A DNA stretch of 62,971 bases from the NCBI GenBank assembly GCA_038087875.1, contig JAXLNO010001957.1, positions 1,030 through 64,000 of the forward strand, read 5' to 3'. Source of the DNA: Malacoraja senta (taxonomy: Eukaryota). The translations under genes and the position numbers were made by a program. Each line of letters begins with the position of its first letter. The first letter of the stretch is position 1. A model generated the notes under the pieces. It had not been told where the DNA came from. It did not search any database and saw only the letters and a program-made list of their open reading frames with translations. Below, piece after piece: positions 39,160 to 50,501 of the stretch.

Positions 39160-40155
39160 TTATAATGGGGGATTTAATACTCTATCCAGCACGGCATTAC
39201 CAAACCCTCTGAGATCTTTAATCTCCTTGTGGTAATACTTGTGAAACATCTGTTCACTTGCCCATCCTGCGGCCATGAGAATAAGGTCTATTAGCACGTC
39301 TGAATCCCTGGCCGCTGATGTTGATGCCGCCCTGGTGGAATGAGATTTAAATTTATCAGTATCAATACCTGAATATCTCAACACCTGTTTCAACCATCGT
39401 GAAATTGTTTGTGTTGACACTTTCTTATGAGGCTTTTTATGACTAATAAAAAATGCCAATTCGGTGCCTCTTAAAACTTTTGTTGTTTCTATGTAAAATT
39501 TCACATATGTTACTACACACAGTCGTGAATCTGTAGGATATGCTAAAAATTCCAACTTGCATCCTGTGGACCCAGGTCTACTTTGCTTCAGTAAATCATA
39601 GACATAGAATGTCACGGCATTTTGCCCTACTTTCATTCTATCAATTCTGAGTTTCTGTAATGTGTGAACTCTCTGTGCTGAAACTAATGCCATGAGCATA
39701 ACCAATTTCATGGTGATTTTGGATAATGACAGAGTTTCAACTGGATTCCAATTCCTTAGGAACATCAGTACATCTTTTACATTCCAAATTTCTGTATACC
39801 TGGGTCTGGGAGGATTAGAGTTGAAAATTCCTTTCATAAACCTACAGACCCAAGGATGTGCTCCAATTGGAGTTTGTTCTGATTCACTGCTTAAATATGC
39901 AGAGAGTGCACTTCGTGCAGTATTAATTGCACTATAACTTAATTTCAATTCATAGTGTAGAGTTGAAAGAAACTCTATTACATCTGAAATTTCTGCTGTG
40001 TTATATGCAATATTCTTTCCTGAACAAAACACCTCCCATTTCTTTATATATGAAATGTACTGCTTCTGGGTACTATTCCTCCAGGCTGCTGTCATAACAT
40101 CCACCGTACGGTCTGATAATCTTTTTCCAAGATATGGCCTTCTTAGAATCTGCAA
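39160..40155 (-). CDS. DIRS tyrosine recombinase, open frame (331 aa)
   Basis: R (SAQRVH), K (LKQSR), HSTR, AGW and KYY: the catalytic pentad plus tyrosine appears present. Confidence 0.9.
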   Translation of the reverse strand: MQILRRPYLGKRLSDRTVDVMTAAWRNSTQKQYISYIKKWEVFCSGKNIAYNTAEISDVIEFLSTLHYELKLSYSAINTARSALSAYLSSESEQTPIGAHPWVCRFMKGIFNSNPPRPRYTEIWNVKDVLMFLRNWNPVETLSLSKITMKLVMLMALVSAQRVHTLQKLRIDRMKVGQNAVTFYVYDLLKQSRPGSTGCKLEFLAYPTDSRLCVVTYVKFYIETTKVLRGTELAFFISHKKPHKKVSTQTISRWLKQVLRYSGIDTDKFKSHSTRAASTSAARDSDVLIDLILMAAGWASEQMFHKYYHKEIKDLRGFGNAVLDRVLNPPL

Positions 40156-40198
40156 ATCAACAAACCAATACGATTATGTAAAGGATGTGATTCATTAG

Positions 40199-41700
40199 TC
40201 ACAGGGTGTACAAGCAGTTTAATCTGCTTTGGAATAACCATAAGGGTTTGGGGTTTTTTTCCCCCATTTTTAACACCAGTGGGTACCATACCTGTGTAGG
40301 CCAATCTGGTACTACCAAAATCCCTGAGGCTGAATCTTGTTTAATTTTCTGTATGCATTTGTGGATTAAACAAAATGGTGGAAAAACATACAGAAACATA
40401 CCACCCCAATGTAGCGAGAAAGCATCCACCACTACTGCTCCAGGATCAGGTTCCCATGACACATACTTAGGCAACTGGTGGTTCAATCTTGATGCAAACA
40501 GATCAATTTCTGGCATTCCAAATTGTGTGATAATTTGTGTGAATATTTTCCGATTTAACATCCATTCTGTATTATCATTAAATTTACGTGATCTTTTGTC
40601 TGCAATTGTATTAATTTTTACCTGGTAAATATTGCTGACAGCCACATTTTTCTGGCAATACCCCAGGTCCAAATTTCATTTGCCAATTTATCACATGATT
40701 CTGATTTTATACCACCCATGTGATTTATGTATGCTACAGCTGTAGTATTGTCAACCTGTACCTGAACATGCACATTTCCCATATCAGTGCAATAAGCTCT
40801 AAGGCCGTAAAATGTGCCTAATAGCTCTAGGTAATTGATTCCCAGATTTTCCAGCAAAGGTACTTCATTCACATTCCACCTACCTCCACAGCTGGAAATC
40901 ATGTTAGTAGCGCCCCAACTCAGCGCACTTACATCAGTCTGTCGAGTGACGGAAGGTGTTTCTACCAGAACTTTTCTGGAAGCATTAGAAACATTGTTAA
41001 TCCACCATTCTATTTCTGTAATGGATTGAATTGTTAATTTCATGGGCCTATCAAAATGCCCTCTATTCATTTTTAACGCTTGTACCTTAGCTCTCTGTGA
41101 ACATTGATAATGCAATGGTCCAAACGTGACCGCTGGAAACCCTGCAATTAATTTGCCTAGCAAGCTTGCCACTTCTCTAATTGAAGATGTGTCCTCGTTA
41201 ATGAGTTTTATGCAACCTTCAATTAACTGCAGCTTTTTATCTTTTGGCAAAGTGATTACCATGTGTTCGGAGTTAATTGTGAACCCTAGGTAATCAATCT
41301 TTTTGCTTGGTAACAATTTAGATTTTTGTAGGTGAATAATGAAACCTAATTTCTCAAAATGTATTTGACTGGATACTGACAACTTTGCAGCAGCCAAAGT
41401 GTCCCCTACAATGAGGATATCATCTAAATAAGCCATTAATACATGGCCCTCAGCTCTTAACAGAGCTAAAATTGGTTTGAGCAATTTAGTGAATAATCTT
41501 GGTGCTGAAATCAGACCATTGGGCAATGCTTTAAATTGCCATAACTGACTCATCCATCTAAATTTCAAATATCTTTGATCATTACCATGCATTGCCACAG
41601 AATAATATGCATTTTGCAGATCTATGCTTGCCTTGTAGCAATTCTTTGTGACTAGCTAAATGGCATTAGTAAATGTTTCCATTTTGAAATGTTTCTATTG
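40199..41700 (-). pseudogene. DIRS RT/RNase H plus DNA N6-adenine methyltransferase-like domain, frameshifted
   Basis: LPNGLISAPRLFTK, YLDDIL, QTDVS, INYLELL, DNTTAVAYINHMGG; MT-like IDLFASRLN..DAFSLHW..YVFPPF..PDWPTQVWY. Confidence 0.88.
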
Positions 41701-44700
41701 TACATAAAGGTTAAGATTTGTCAGATCGGAAATGATTCTACGTCCACCATCCCTTTTCTAGGAGAATATTCCTAGGAGAATATTTGACACAAACTGATGG
41801 TGTTGTTCTACTGACATTTATATCATCCTTTTCTGAATAACATTTTTCAATTCTCCTTTGATCAACCCATTCTCTTCCTTTGAAAAAAATCTGTGACCAG
41901 TTTGAATTATGCTGAATTGGAGGATCCAAAAGTGGAGAGAACTCAATTTTGAATCCAACAATGCTACATAGAATAAATGAATCATTTGTTATTGATTGCT
42001 ATTCTTTTAGGAAGAATCGTAACCTTCCCCCTATTTGTGAGTGTGAAACATTTGTTGTGTTTCTTACCAGACCAAGCCCCCTAACCTCGGGGTTTGCCAC
42101 CGGCAGTTGTTGTCCCCTTCTAGTAGGCACATTGTAACCTCCACGTATCCTCGGTGCAGCATGTCAACGTGTATACGAGAATGATAGGATTGTTCCTTCT
42201 CCAGCACCACATTTCGCCTGTAGGGATACTGCCTTCTCACCGCTCTGCTCAGCATAGGTGATCCTTTAGTTTCTTTGTTAGATTTTCTCCAAAACAGATT
42301 TAGGCATTTGTATATTGGATGATTTGCAGAGCCTGCATACTTAGGATGAATATTTGGTCTTATTGCATTTTTATGAATACAATTTATTTCAAAGTGCGCA
42401 CTACACATGAGTGCTAAGGCATTTTGTTGTGAATACGATATATAACCTTCATCCAAACCACTGACCCCAGAAATTTCAGCACTTGTGTAATTTCAATTCT
42501 TGTGAGCGTAAACCACTGCTCAAATTACCCATATCAAGTTTATTCACTGCTGTAACTGCTACAATTTCCCGGGTCTCATATTTTTTTTGTCTCATCCATG
42601 GTTAATTCCTGGGGCTGATGGGAGAGTAGATAATTTATAGTCATAGCTATTTCCTCTCTCAAAGGTTCCCCTGTTACTCTGGGAACAGCAACGTTTTGTG
42701 CCAGCCTTGGAACATTTGTGGCTCTGATAATGGGCTCTGGTCCTCATTTAAATCATCATCTAAATTTAAATATTCATTTTTATGTTGGGTAATTTCTGGC
42801 TCCCCTGTTTCAGGTAAGTCTCTGCCAGATTCCCCCTGGGGGGGCTCTCTTGTAGGCCCACGGACAGGCAGCCCTGCTTCAGGTGCTGCTGGCGCTGGCT
42901 CAATTCTAGGCCAACGCTTCATTATTTTTACTCTTTATATTTGTCGGTGCTGGCACATTTATCATTGCACGTTTGTGCTGCCTTTTGTTCAGGCATTTCT
43001 AGTACTGGCTCTCCAATAGGCCAACACATAACTTGCCTTTTTTATGGCATTTTGGGGCACTGGCTCTCCTGTAGGCCAACCTCTTTAATGTTTCTGCACA
43101 GGCACTGATGGCTCTCCTGTAGGCCACCCTTGTGCCTGTTCCAAGGCACCTCCTGTGCTATACTTCATTGGCCAACACTGACTTAAATCCTCCTGTGGGG
43201 GTTCTTTACAAATCATCTGCCCCATAAGGAGTTATAATGTTTTTGACCCTTGCAGTGTAATACTCTTTCCTGCCTCAGGAGGGCATACCTCCGGGTCTGA
43301 CTCATCCGAGTCTACAGGTCGGGCCGATTTTTGCCTTGCGCCCGCCCGCGGCGGTTTAACGCACATTCGACCACAACTGGAGTTAATGGCTTCGTTGCCA
43401 CTGACTCCCCTGACTGGCGCCCGCTACCCTTAGGATCTGGGGTTTTACTACGGTGCGTCCCTGGCCGCCTCTCCTTCCCATTTCTCCATAATAAACTTGT
43501 GTGGAGTTCCACCAAACAAGTCTAAACGGGAAGGAAACGCTCCTGTAAGTGAAAAGTAACTCACTTACCTTCCGACTTTTGTTTTACTCACCGGCTGGAG
43601 GAGCTCCTGCTCCTCCACACACGGTCATGAACGCTATGCGTCTGATCGATAATGACGCGTGTGCGGCTGGACGGGGCTTCTTCACGTAGTCACTCACGTG
43701 ACTCCGAAGTAAAATCAGCTGGGGAGGGGATGATGGGCAGATGGAGCAAAGTTGGTGTATGGGTGGTTGTGGGAGAACAAATGAACACCAGTGGTATGGA
43801 TAAGCTGAAATGTGAAAACTTTATATTCATATAAAGTTACCCAGGTGGATTATCAGATATTTTACTTAAAACTTTCTGTGCCCAAGGTTAACGACAGATG
43901 GGTGAGTGTGTGAGTGGGAAGGGGTATTAAAATACCATACAACAGATCTCAGGATGATCTTTACTTCAAAGGGATGTGCTGTACAAAATGGTTGACATCT
44001 AAGCTAGTTTCTCCACAGTGTGAGCAATGATTGCAGTATAGAAAGTTGAAAGAGATGCAAGTGAACCTCTGTCTCATTTGAACAGTTTATTCTCCTGTTG
44101 TTCACCTCTTCCTCCTCCTCTCCTACCTGTTTCCATCTACCCATTATCCTCTCCCCACCTGGTTCTACGTTTGATCTACCAGCCTCTGTCCTATCCCTCC
44201 CTGATTGCTATATATTGGCAATTCATCCTCTTCCCTAACAGGTCTGGTGCAGGTTCTTGACCCTATTTGTGACATCAACCATTTGTCCCAATAATTTTGC
44301 TTGAGCCATTGAATGCTTTCAGTCTTCTGTTTTTAGTTGCAGATTCCATTAGCTACAGTCATTATTGGATAGAATATATTTTGTTTTAACACTGCATTTA
44401 GTCTGAGACACAGCACCAATAAATGTTGTTACATAACGCTTGGTTATTTGATGTCAAAAGTCTTGATTGTTTGTACTTTGTACATTTCTAATCTAATGCA
44501 AAGAATTTATCATCCATATGAATATAAAATTGTCCACAGTGACTGGTGGCACAGTGATCAAGTTCATTTTATGTGGCTCATTTGGTACAAGTTCTGCTCT
44601 TGAGATTTCACCTAATAATAGTTGCCTGTAGAATGTGTTTGATGAATAGACCATTGCGTATAAGATTTTTGGAAATAGATTGGCATGAAATCCAAGTAAA

Positions 44701-45959
44701 CACATTGGATTGCACCCTGTTTTATAGTGGCTTCATGTTGCCAAGTAAAGGCAAGATATATGGAATGTGCAAGATATAATATGAAAGATATAATATGCAA
44801 GGCGCAAAATTAAATTGTTGTTAAGAAAATGTAAGGCCTCCATTTATTTGCAACAGCATCAATCACAGTATTCTTACGTCAAAGTTGATTTTGTATTTTT
44901 TAAAGAATGAATGGGAACAAAATGATCAAAAATGAATTGGCAGTCAAAGTAATACAAGGTTGTAGAGGAGACAAGTGTGTAGGAACAGGCCACTCTGCCG
45001 ATCCTGCCAATACTGCTGCATATAGTCCACATGACCCTCTTCCCACCTTATGCGATCTGCAACATGGTTGGCAAGTCTATGCTGGATTCTCCAATGTAGA
45101 ACCGACTATTCTTTTCTCTTTTGTGTTTGCCCAGCCTTCCCCTAAATGCAATTCATTGATCTGGATCCTCATTCTCACCTGTATTGGGTGGGAGGGGAGG
45201 AGAGGGAGCATTCTCTGTCGAATTCCCTGCTGGATTTTATGGTGGAAATGTTTTCACCATAGTGATTCATTTAAAAGCTTTATGTATTTTAATATCTCCC
45301 TTCAGCCACTTCTCAAAGGGGTGGAGGGCAGGGGGTGGATGACTTACCCAGGGACATTCGATGACCGTGTTTTGTTTATTTTATCCAAACATTTTTTAAT
45401 ATAGATTAATATAGTATTTTTTTTTGTATCTTGGGTAAGCACATTGAAATAGAAATGGATGGCGTGTTCAGAAAATTATTTCTGATTTGTCCTCGCTTTG
45501 TGAACACCAAACCAATGTATGCAGCTGCAAAAAGTCATTGGCAGCAGGGTCTCAGTTCCTTTTAAGCATCCCAGTTATCATGTTCTTCGATGCAGAGGAA
45601 ATGTGGCCACGATAAATACAAAAATGTTGAAATGCAGAATATAAAAGTAATAGGAATTCAGGCATTTGAGCCTCAACTATTATTCCATGTGATCAATTGT
45701 GACCTAAAATGTATACCTTGATCCTTTTATTTCTCTGATCCTTTGACCATACAAATAACATATAACTCCTTGTATAAATTCAATGATCTGTGTTCAACTG
45801 CTTCCAGTGGTATAACATTCCACACCTTCATCATTCTGTGGGAGAAGTAATCGCTCTTCATCTCAACTTGAAGCCTGATCATCAGATTGTGACCACTGGG
45901 TCCTGAACTGACCGGATTTCCCTCTTGAATATATGTATGCGTACTTTTCTACACATATA

Positions 45960-45990
<31 letters not shown>

Positions 45991-47719
45991 GTGCACATTG
46001 ATTTTGTTTTTCTCTTTCTCGTTTTTCATATTGTTTACCATGTACTATGTTTACATATTCCATTGTGCTGCAGCGAGTAAGAATTTCATTATATTATCTG
46101 GGACATATGACAATAAAATACTCTTGACTCTCTTCAATCTGTACAGACCCATAAGAATGTTGTAGTTGATTTTGAATGGTCCTAATCACAATGTAAAACT
46201 AATCGCCCAAATCGCCCTTCATACATTAGTCCTCCCATCCCTGAAATCTGATCAACCTTCACGGCACTCCCTCCATAACAAGAACATTCTTCTTAAGATC
46301 AGGAGACTAAAACTGCAGATGCCATGGTCTTGGCAAGCACATTTCTCAGAATAACATGATGTATCTTTAGAAAGGGATAAGGAGGAATCTCAAGAGTCAG
46401 AGGGTGGTGAATCACATATTAAGTTCTTGGAGCTCTGGAAAATTATCAATCTTTGATGGGAAGAATGGATAGGGAGGCTGCTCACTTTGCTGGAGGGTTT
46501 GAGAGTGGACAAGGAATTCTATGCAACGTGCGTTTGGAATGTCAAGTGTATGGCACGTAGATGTTGTGTAATTGGCTCCATTATGCCCTTAGTGCATTGG
46601 AAAAGGTAAACGGGGTTTTCACCTAAGATTACATTTTCTGCTAACTGCACTTTATGGTAAGCAAGTAGGCTGGCTTTGGGAAACAATTAGATGATTGAGG
46701 GCTCACTTAGAATAACTGGGAAATGATGGAGCAGCCTACAAGGATATTTATTGTAGCTAAAGGATAAGTTAAACCTTTCTTTTCTCCGAGACATGCAAGA
46801 ATAGCACGGTGCTTGATTTAATGCAGAACCTTTGAAGGACAGTGGCTGGGCCTGCAAGATCTCCACACCAGCCATCATAAATAGGAGTCTCCAATGGGAA
46901 GAAGACTGTGAGACTTGATGGTATTTGCCACGGCTTCTATCATTTAACACATTGAGCTGAAAGCCATGAGATTCGTTGCTTTTTTAATGCTTTGTCTTGT
47001 AATTTGACGTAATAAAGATAGTCATTTGTACCCTTGAAATTTTCTTTCTCCGTTCATTGATCCAAATCCTATTTATGTTTCATCACAAAGAGAGAATTGG
47101 ATAAACTAATTGTGAGCAAAAACATGCAAAACTACAGTCTAAGGGCTGGGGTTGAACAAGTGATTTTCTCCAGTAGAGAGGTGGCATTGGCCTGATAGGA
47201 TGAATGGTCTCCATCAGCACAGTAAACATTTAAATGATCCATTGATTTGTATTTATCATCGTATATCAAATAAACTTAGGGATACGGAAGGAGAAATATT
47301 TTGGCCTGTTTATATGGTGCAAAATAACCCACCCCAGAACAATAAATAGTTGTGAATTTACACTTAATATTACCTGTCACTGAAGCAGAGTGCAGAGGAT
47401 CTCAAATTCATTTAAGAAATAGTATTAAGGCGACTGTATAGAAAATGGTGGGTATTGCTTGGCAGCAAGATGGGAGTAGTATTGTAGTGGTAGTGATGAG
47501 GTGTTTTGATGGCAGTGATCATAATTTAGCATGATTAAAGTAGCAATGTACACTAGGAACGCAGGTTCGCAGCTGAGGTGAAAACATTTCCAAGACTGCA
47601 ACATAATTTAACAGAAATGTAATACAAAATGTAATAAAATAGGGCAATTAAATGGTGACAGTTAACAGATCTCTGGGGATACTAGAAACTGCAGATATTG
47701 GATCGTTGAGCAAAACTGT

Positions 47720-47870
47720 TGGAGGAACACAGTGGGTCAGGCCACATCTGTGGGATGGAATGAACCAACGACAATTCAGGCTGGAACTCTTGTTCAGACT
47801 GGTGACTTCAAAACGTTGTCAGTCGATTCCCACCACAGATGCTGCCTGACCCACTGAATTCTTCATGCAC
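47720..47870. repeat. Inverted pair of degenerate Penelope-terminus repeats
   Basis: cagtgggtcaggccacatctgtggga and cccaccacagatgctgcctgacccactg are mutual reverse complements. Confidence 0.6.
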
Positions 47871-48119
47871 TTTGTTTTTAACACACCAGCTGGAAAGAGT
47901 CCAGAGAAGATTTACAAGGAGACTTGATAGTGGCATTTGGAAGTCTTTAGAAAGGCATAGATATGCAGGGAAAGGATGGATATGGAACATGTGTTGGTGG
48001 AGGAGATTAGTTCAACTTGGCATCACGTTTAGAACAGAAGGTGTGGCCCCAAGGGCCTGTTCCAATGCTGAACTGTTCTGCAAGTCACTGAGTCTCTGTT
48101 CAGGGAGGGTGAGGTTGAG

Positions 48120-48990
48120 AAGGCTCTGATTTCAATAGAAAATAGGTGCAGGAGTAGGCCATTCGATCCTTCGAGCCAGCACCGCCATTCAATGTGATCA
48201 TGGCTGATCATTCCCAATCAGTACCCCGTTCCTGCCTTCTCCCCATATCCCCTGACTCCACTATTTTTAAGAGCCCTATCTAGCTCTCGCTTGAAAGCAT
48301 CCACTGCCCTCTGAGGCAGAGAATTTCACAGACTCACCACTCTCTGTGAGAAAAAGTGTTTCCTTGTCTCCGTTCTAAATGGCTTACTCCTTATTCTTAA
48401 ACTGTGGTCCCTGGTTCTGGAAATGTGGCCCCTGGTTCTGGATTTCATTCCTTAGAGTGCAAAAGGATGGGGTGATCTGAAAGAGGTTTACAAAATTATG
48501 TGAGCAATCAATCAGGTAAATGCGCTTGAGTTTTTGCCCACAATAGGGGACTCGAGAACCAGAGGATATAGATTTACGGTGAGAGGTGGGTGAGTGTGGA
48601 GATTTAATAGGAACCTGGGGATAACATTTTTACACAAAGAGTGGGTGGGTATATGGAACGAGCTGCCAGAGGAGGAGGTTGAGACAGGTACTATCATAAC
48701 AATAAATATACAATTGGACAGGTACATGCATAGGATAGGTTTAGAGGGTTATGAGCCAAGCGTGGGGAGTTGGGACTAATGTAGATGGGGCATGCTGTGC
48801 CGAAAAGCCCGTTTCGACGCAGTCTTACTAGGGGCAATTTACAAAGGGCAATTAACCGATAAACCTGCACGAGTTTGGAATGTGGGTGGAGACCAGCGCC
48901 CGGTGAAAACCCACGTACGACGTTCACACAGACAGCGTCCGTAGTCGGGGATCAAACCCGGTCTCTGACGCTGCGAGGCATCCGTTCGAC
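48120..48990. repeat. CR1/HER1 3' fragments (48120-48420 -, 48420-48790 +) and an HE1-like SINE (48790-48990 -)
   Basis: CR1 tail motifs (GDLxEVYKIM-like, WNELPEE) and the SINE core. Confidence 0.7.
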
Positions 48991-49947
48991 TGCTGCGAAT
49001 TTTGTTTGTATTTTCTGATTTAAATCAAAGATGTTGGTATAGATATGAGTTCCATGTTTAGGAAATGTGTGAATGTCAGCAAAGTTGTTTGCAGGTGTAG
49101 TATTAGGCAAGATGTAAACTGCCTTGACATTCAATAACATTACCAAGCTAACTCCTCCGCCATCAATCTCTGTTCCAATAATAATTGAATCACCGTCTTT
49201 TTGACCAGACAGTAGGACTCGCGTGAACTTGGAAGCTGCAGGGGAAAATGACTAATTTGGACTGGTGTTACTTTTGGCCACTGAATGGAAGATTATAATC
49301 ATTTTCTCTGGACGGTGGAATCAACACCCTTTCGCTTTCCAAGCGGGCAATTAGTGCTGTTCTCCCTTTGAAATCTACCGTGTAAAAATAGCACCTGCAG
49401 ATCAAGATCCAAATTGACCGCCATTCTGATTTGGAAATATGTCCTGATCCTCAGTATTGCAAATGCCGAATCGCCCCACGCCGACAGAATATTGTACTGG
49501 CGCATGGAGGTCTTCAGCGGTGGAAAAAAAAGATGGCTCTTCACTGTAGATGAAATGTGCATGTACCTTTAACATAGTGACCTCACCACTACTAACCACT
49601 CCCCACATCACTGGTATAATTACAACCTTCCCACCCAGTTCTCTCTCTCTCTAGTTCCAGTGACAGACCACGGACAGCTAGGGCAGCAAAGTATGTTTAT
49701 TATGAATAAACAGTAGTAACGATACAGTGCATTATGACCCATCTTTACATTCACCACGTAGTCAAAGGCAAAAAGGAAATTTTAATACAACCTTGCTACC
49801 TGCTTAAAATAAACACTGGGTGCTGCAATCGATAGATACAACGTGTTGGTTTATTATTGACACGGGTAACTAGATACAGTGAAAACCCCTTTGCGTGGTA
49901 TTCAGCCAAATCATACTATGCATGAATACAATTAAGCCATACATAAG

Positions 49948-50501
49948 TGTGAGATGCAAAATCACAAACGCTTTTAGAGGCAAAGTCGGCAAAGAAGCTT
50001 TTTATTTAAATCATGTTCTGCAGAATAGTTGCCTCTCCTCTGATGTCCCCTAGAGGCACACCGAGGATCGGGATGTCTTCTATCTTTATACATTTCATGG
50101 GTATCATTGTCACACCCTCATCCCTCCCCATTGAGCTTCTTCCAATCATAACATAAAGCCCACATTCCCACGAGAACGTCCTGGAACGTCCACCCGACGT
50201 CAAAGACACCTCCCATATCATGCATCGCATGTGCATTTAAATTAGGCATCTTGTCATAGTGGGTGTGTGTACATATTCATGTAAGTTCATTAGGCATGCG
50301 CAGATATGTTTGACCTTATGTACTTTCTCTCTTTCTACTTCTCAAATCTTCTGCTGAATTTGCTACTTTTTATCTAGAATTTCTCTCTGTTCTATATATC
50401 GTTATTTTCTATTTTACCAGCAGTCTGGCTTCTGCTGACACCACAAGCCATTTTTCTATCCCTAGTCTAAATCAACCATGTCTGTTAACTCTTTCCTCAC
50501 A
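49948..50501 (-). mobile_element. ERV 3' LTR (554 bp)
   Basis: On -: begins TGTGAG right after a polypurine tract (50502-50521, AAAAAAGAAAAGGGTGGAT) and ends CTCACA, a perfect 6-bp terminal inverted repeat. TATA-like TGTATAAAGA and AATAAA lie inside. Confidence 0.88.

Larger units (their letters stand above)
38655..43714 (-). mobile_element. DIRS1-like tyrosine-recombinase retrotransposon #2, full length
   Basis: Inverted termini CGTGAAGAAGCCCCGTCCAGCCGCACACGCGTC (38729-38761) and complement (43654-43686); ICR 38877-38991; gag-like, RT-RNase H, MT and YR regions. The flanks look like an old Penelope remnant. Confidence 0.95.

Noticed and set aside
49372-49572. Plus-strand frame resembling a signal peptide plus an MHC-like start (LILSIANAESPHADRILYW..)
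   Set aside because: No in-frame ATG upstream of the hydrophobic stretch, no good splice sites, ends in a stop, and no true MHC motif.
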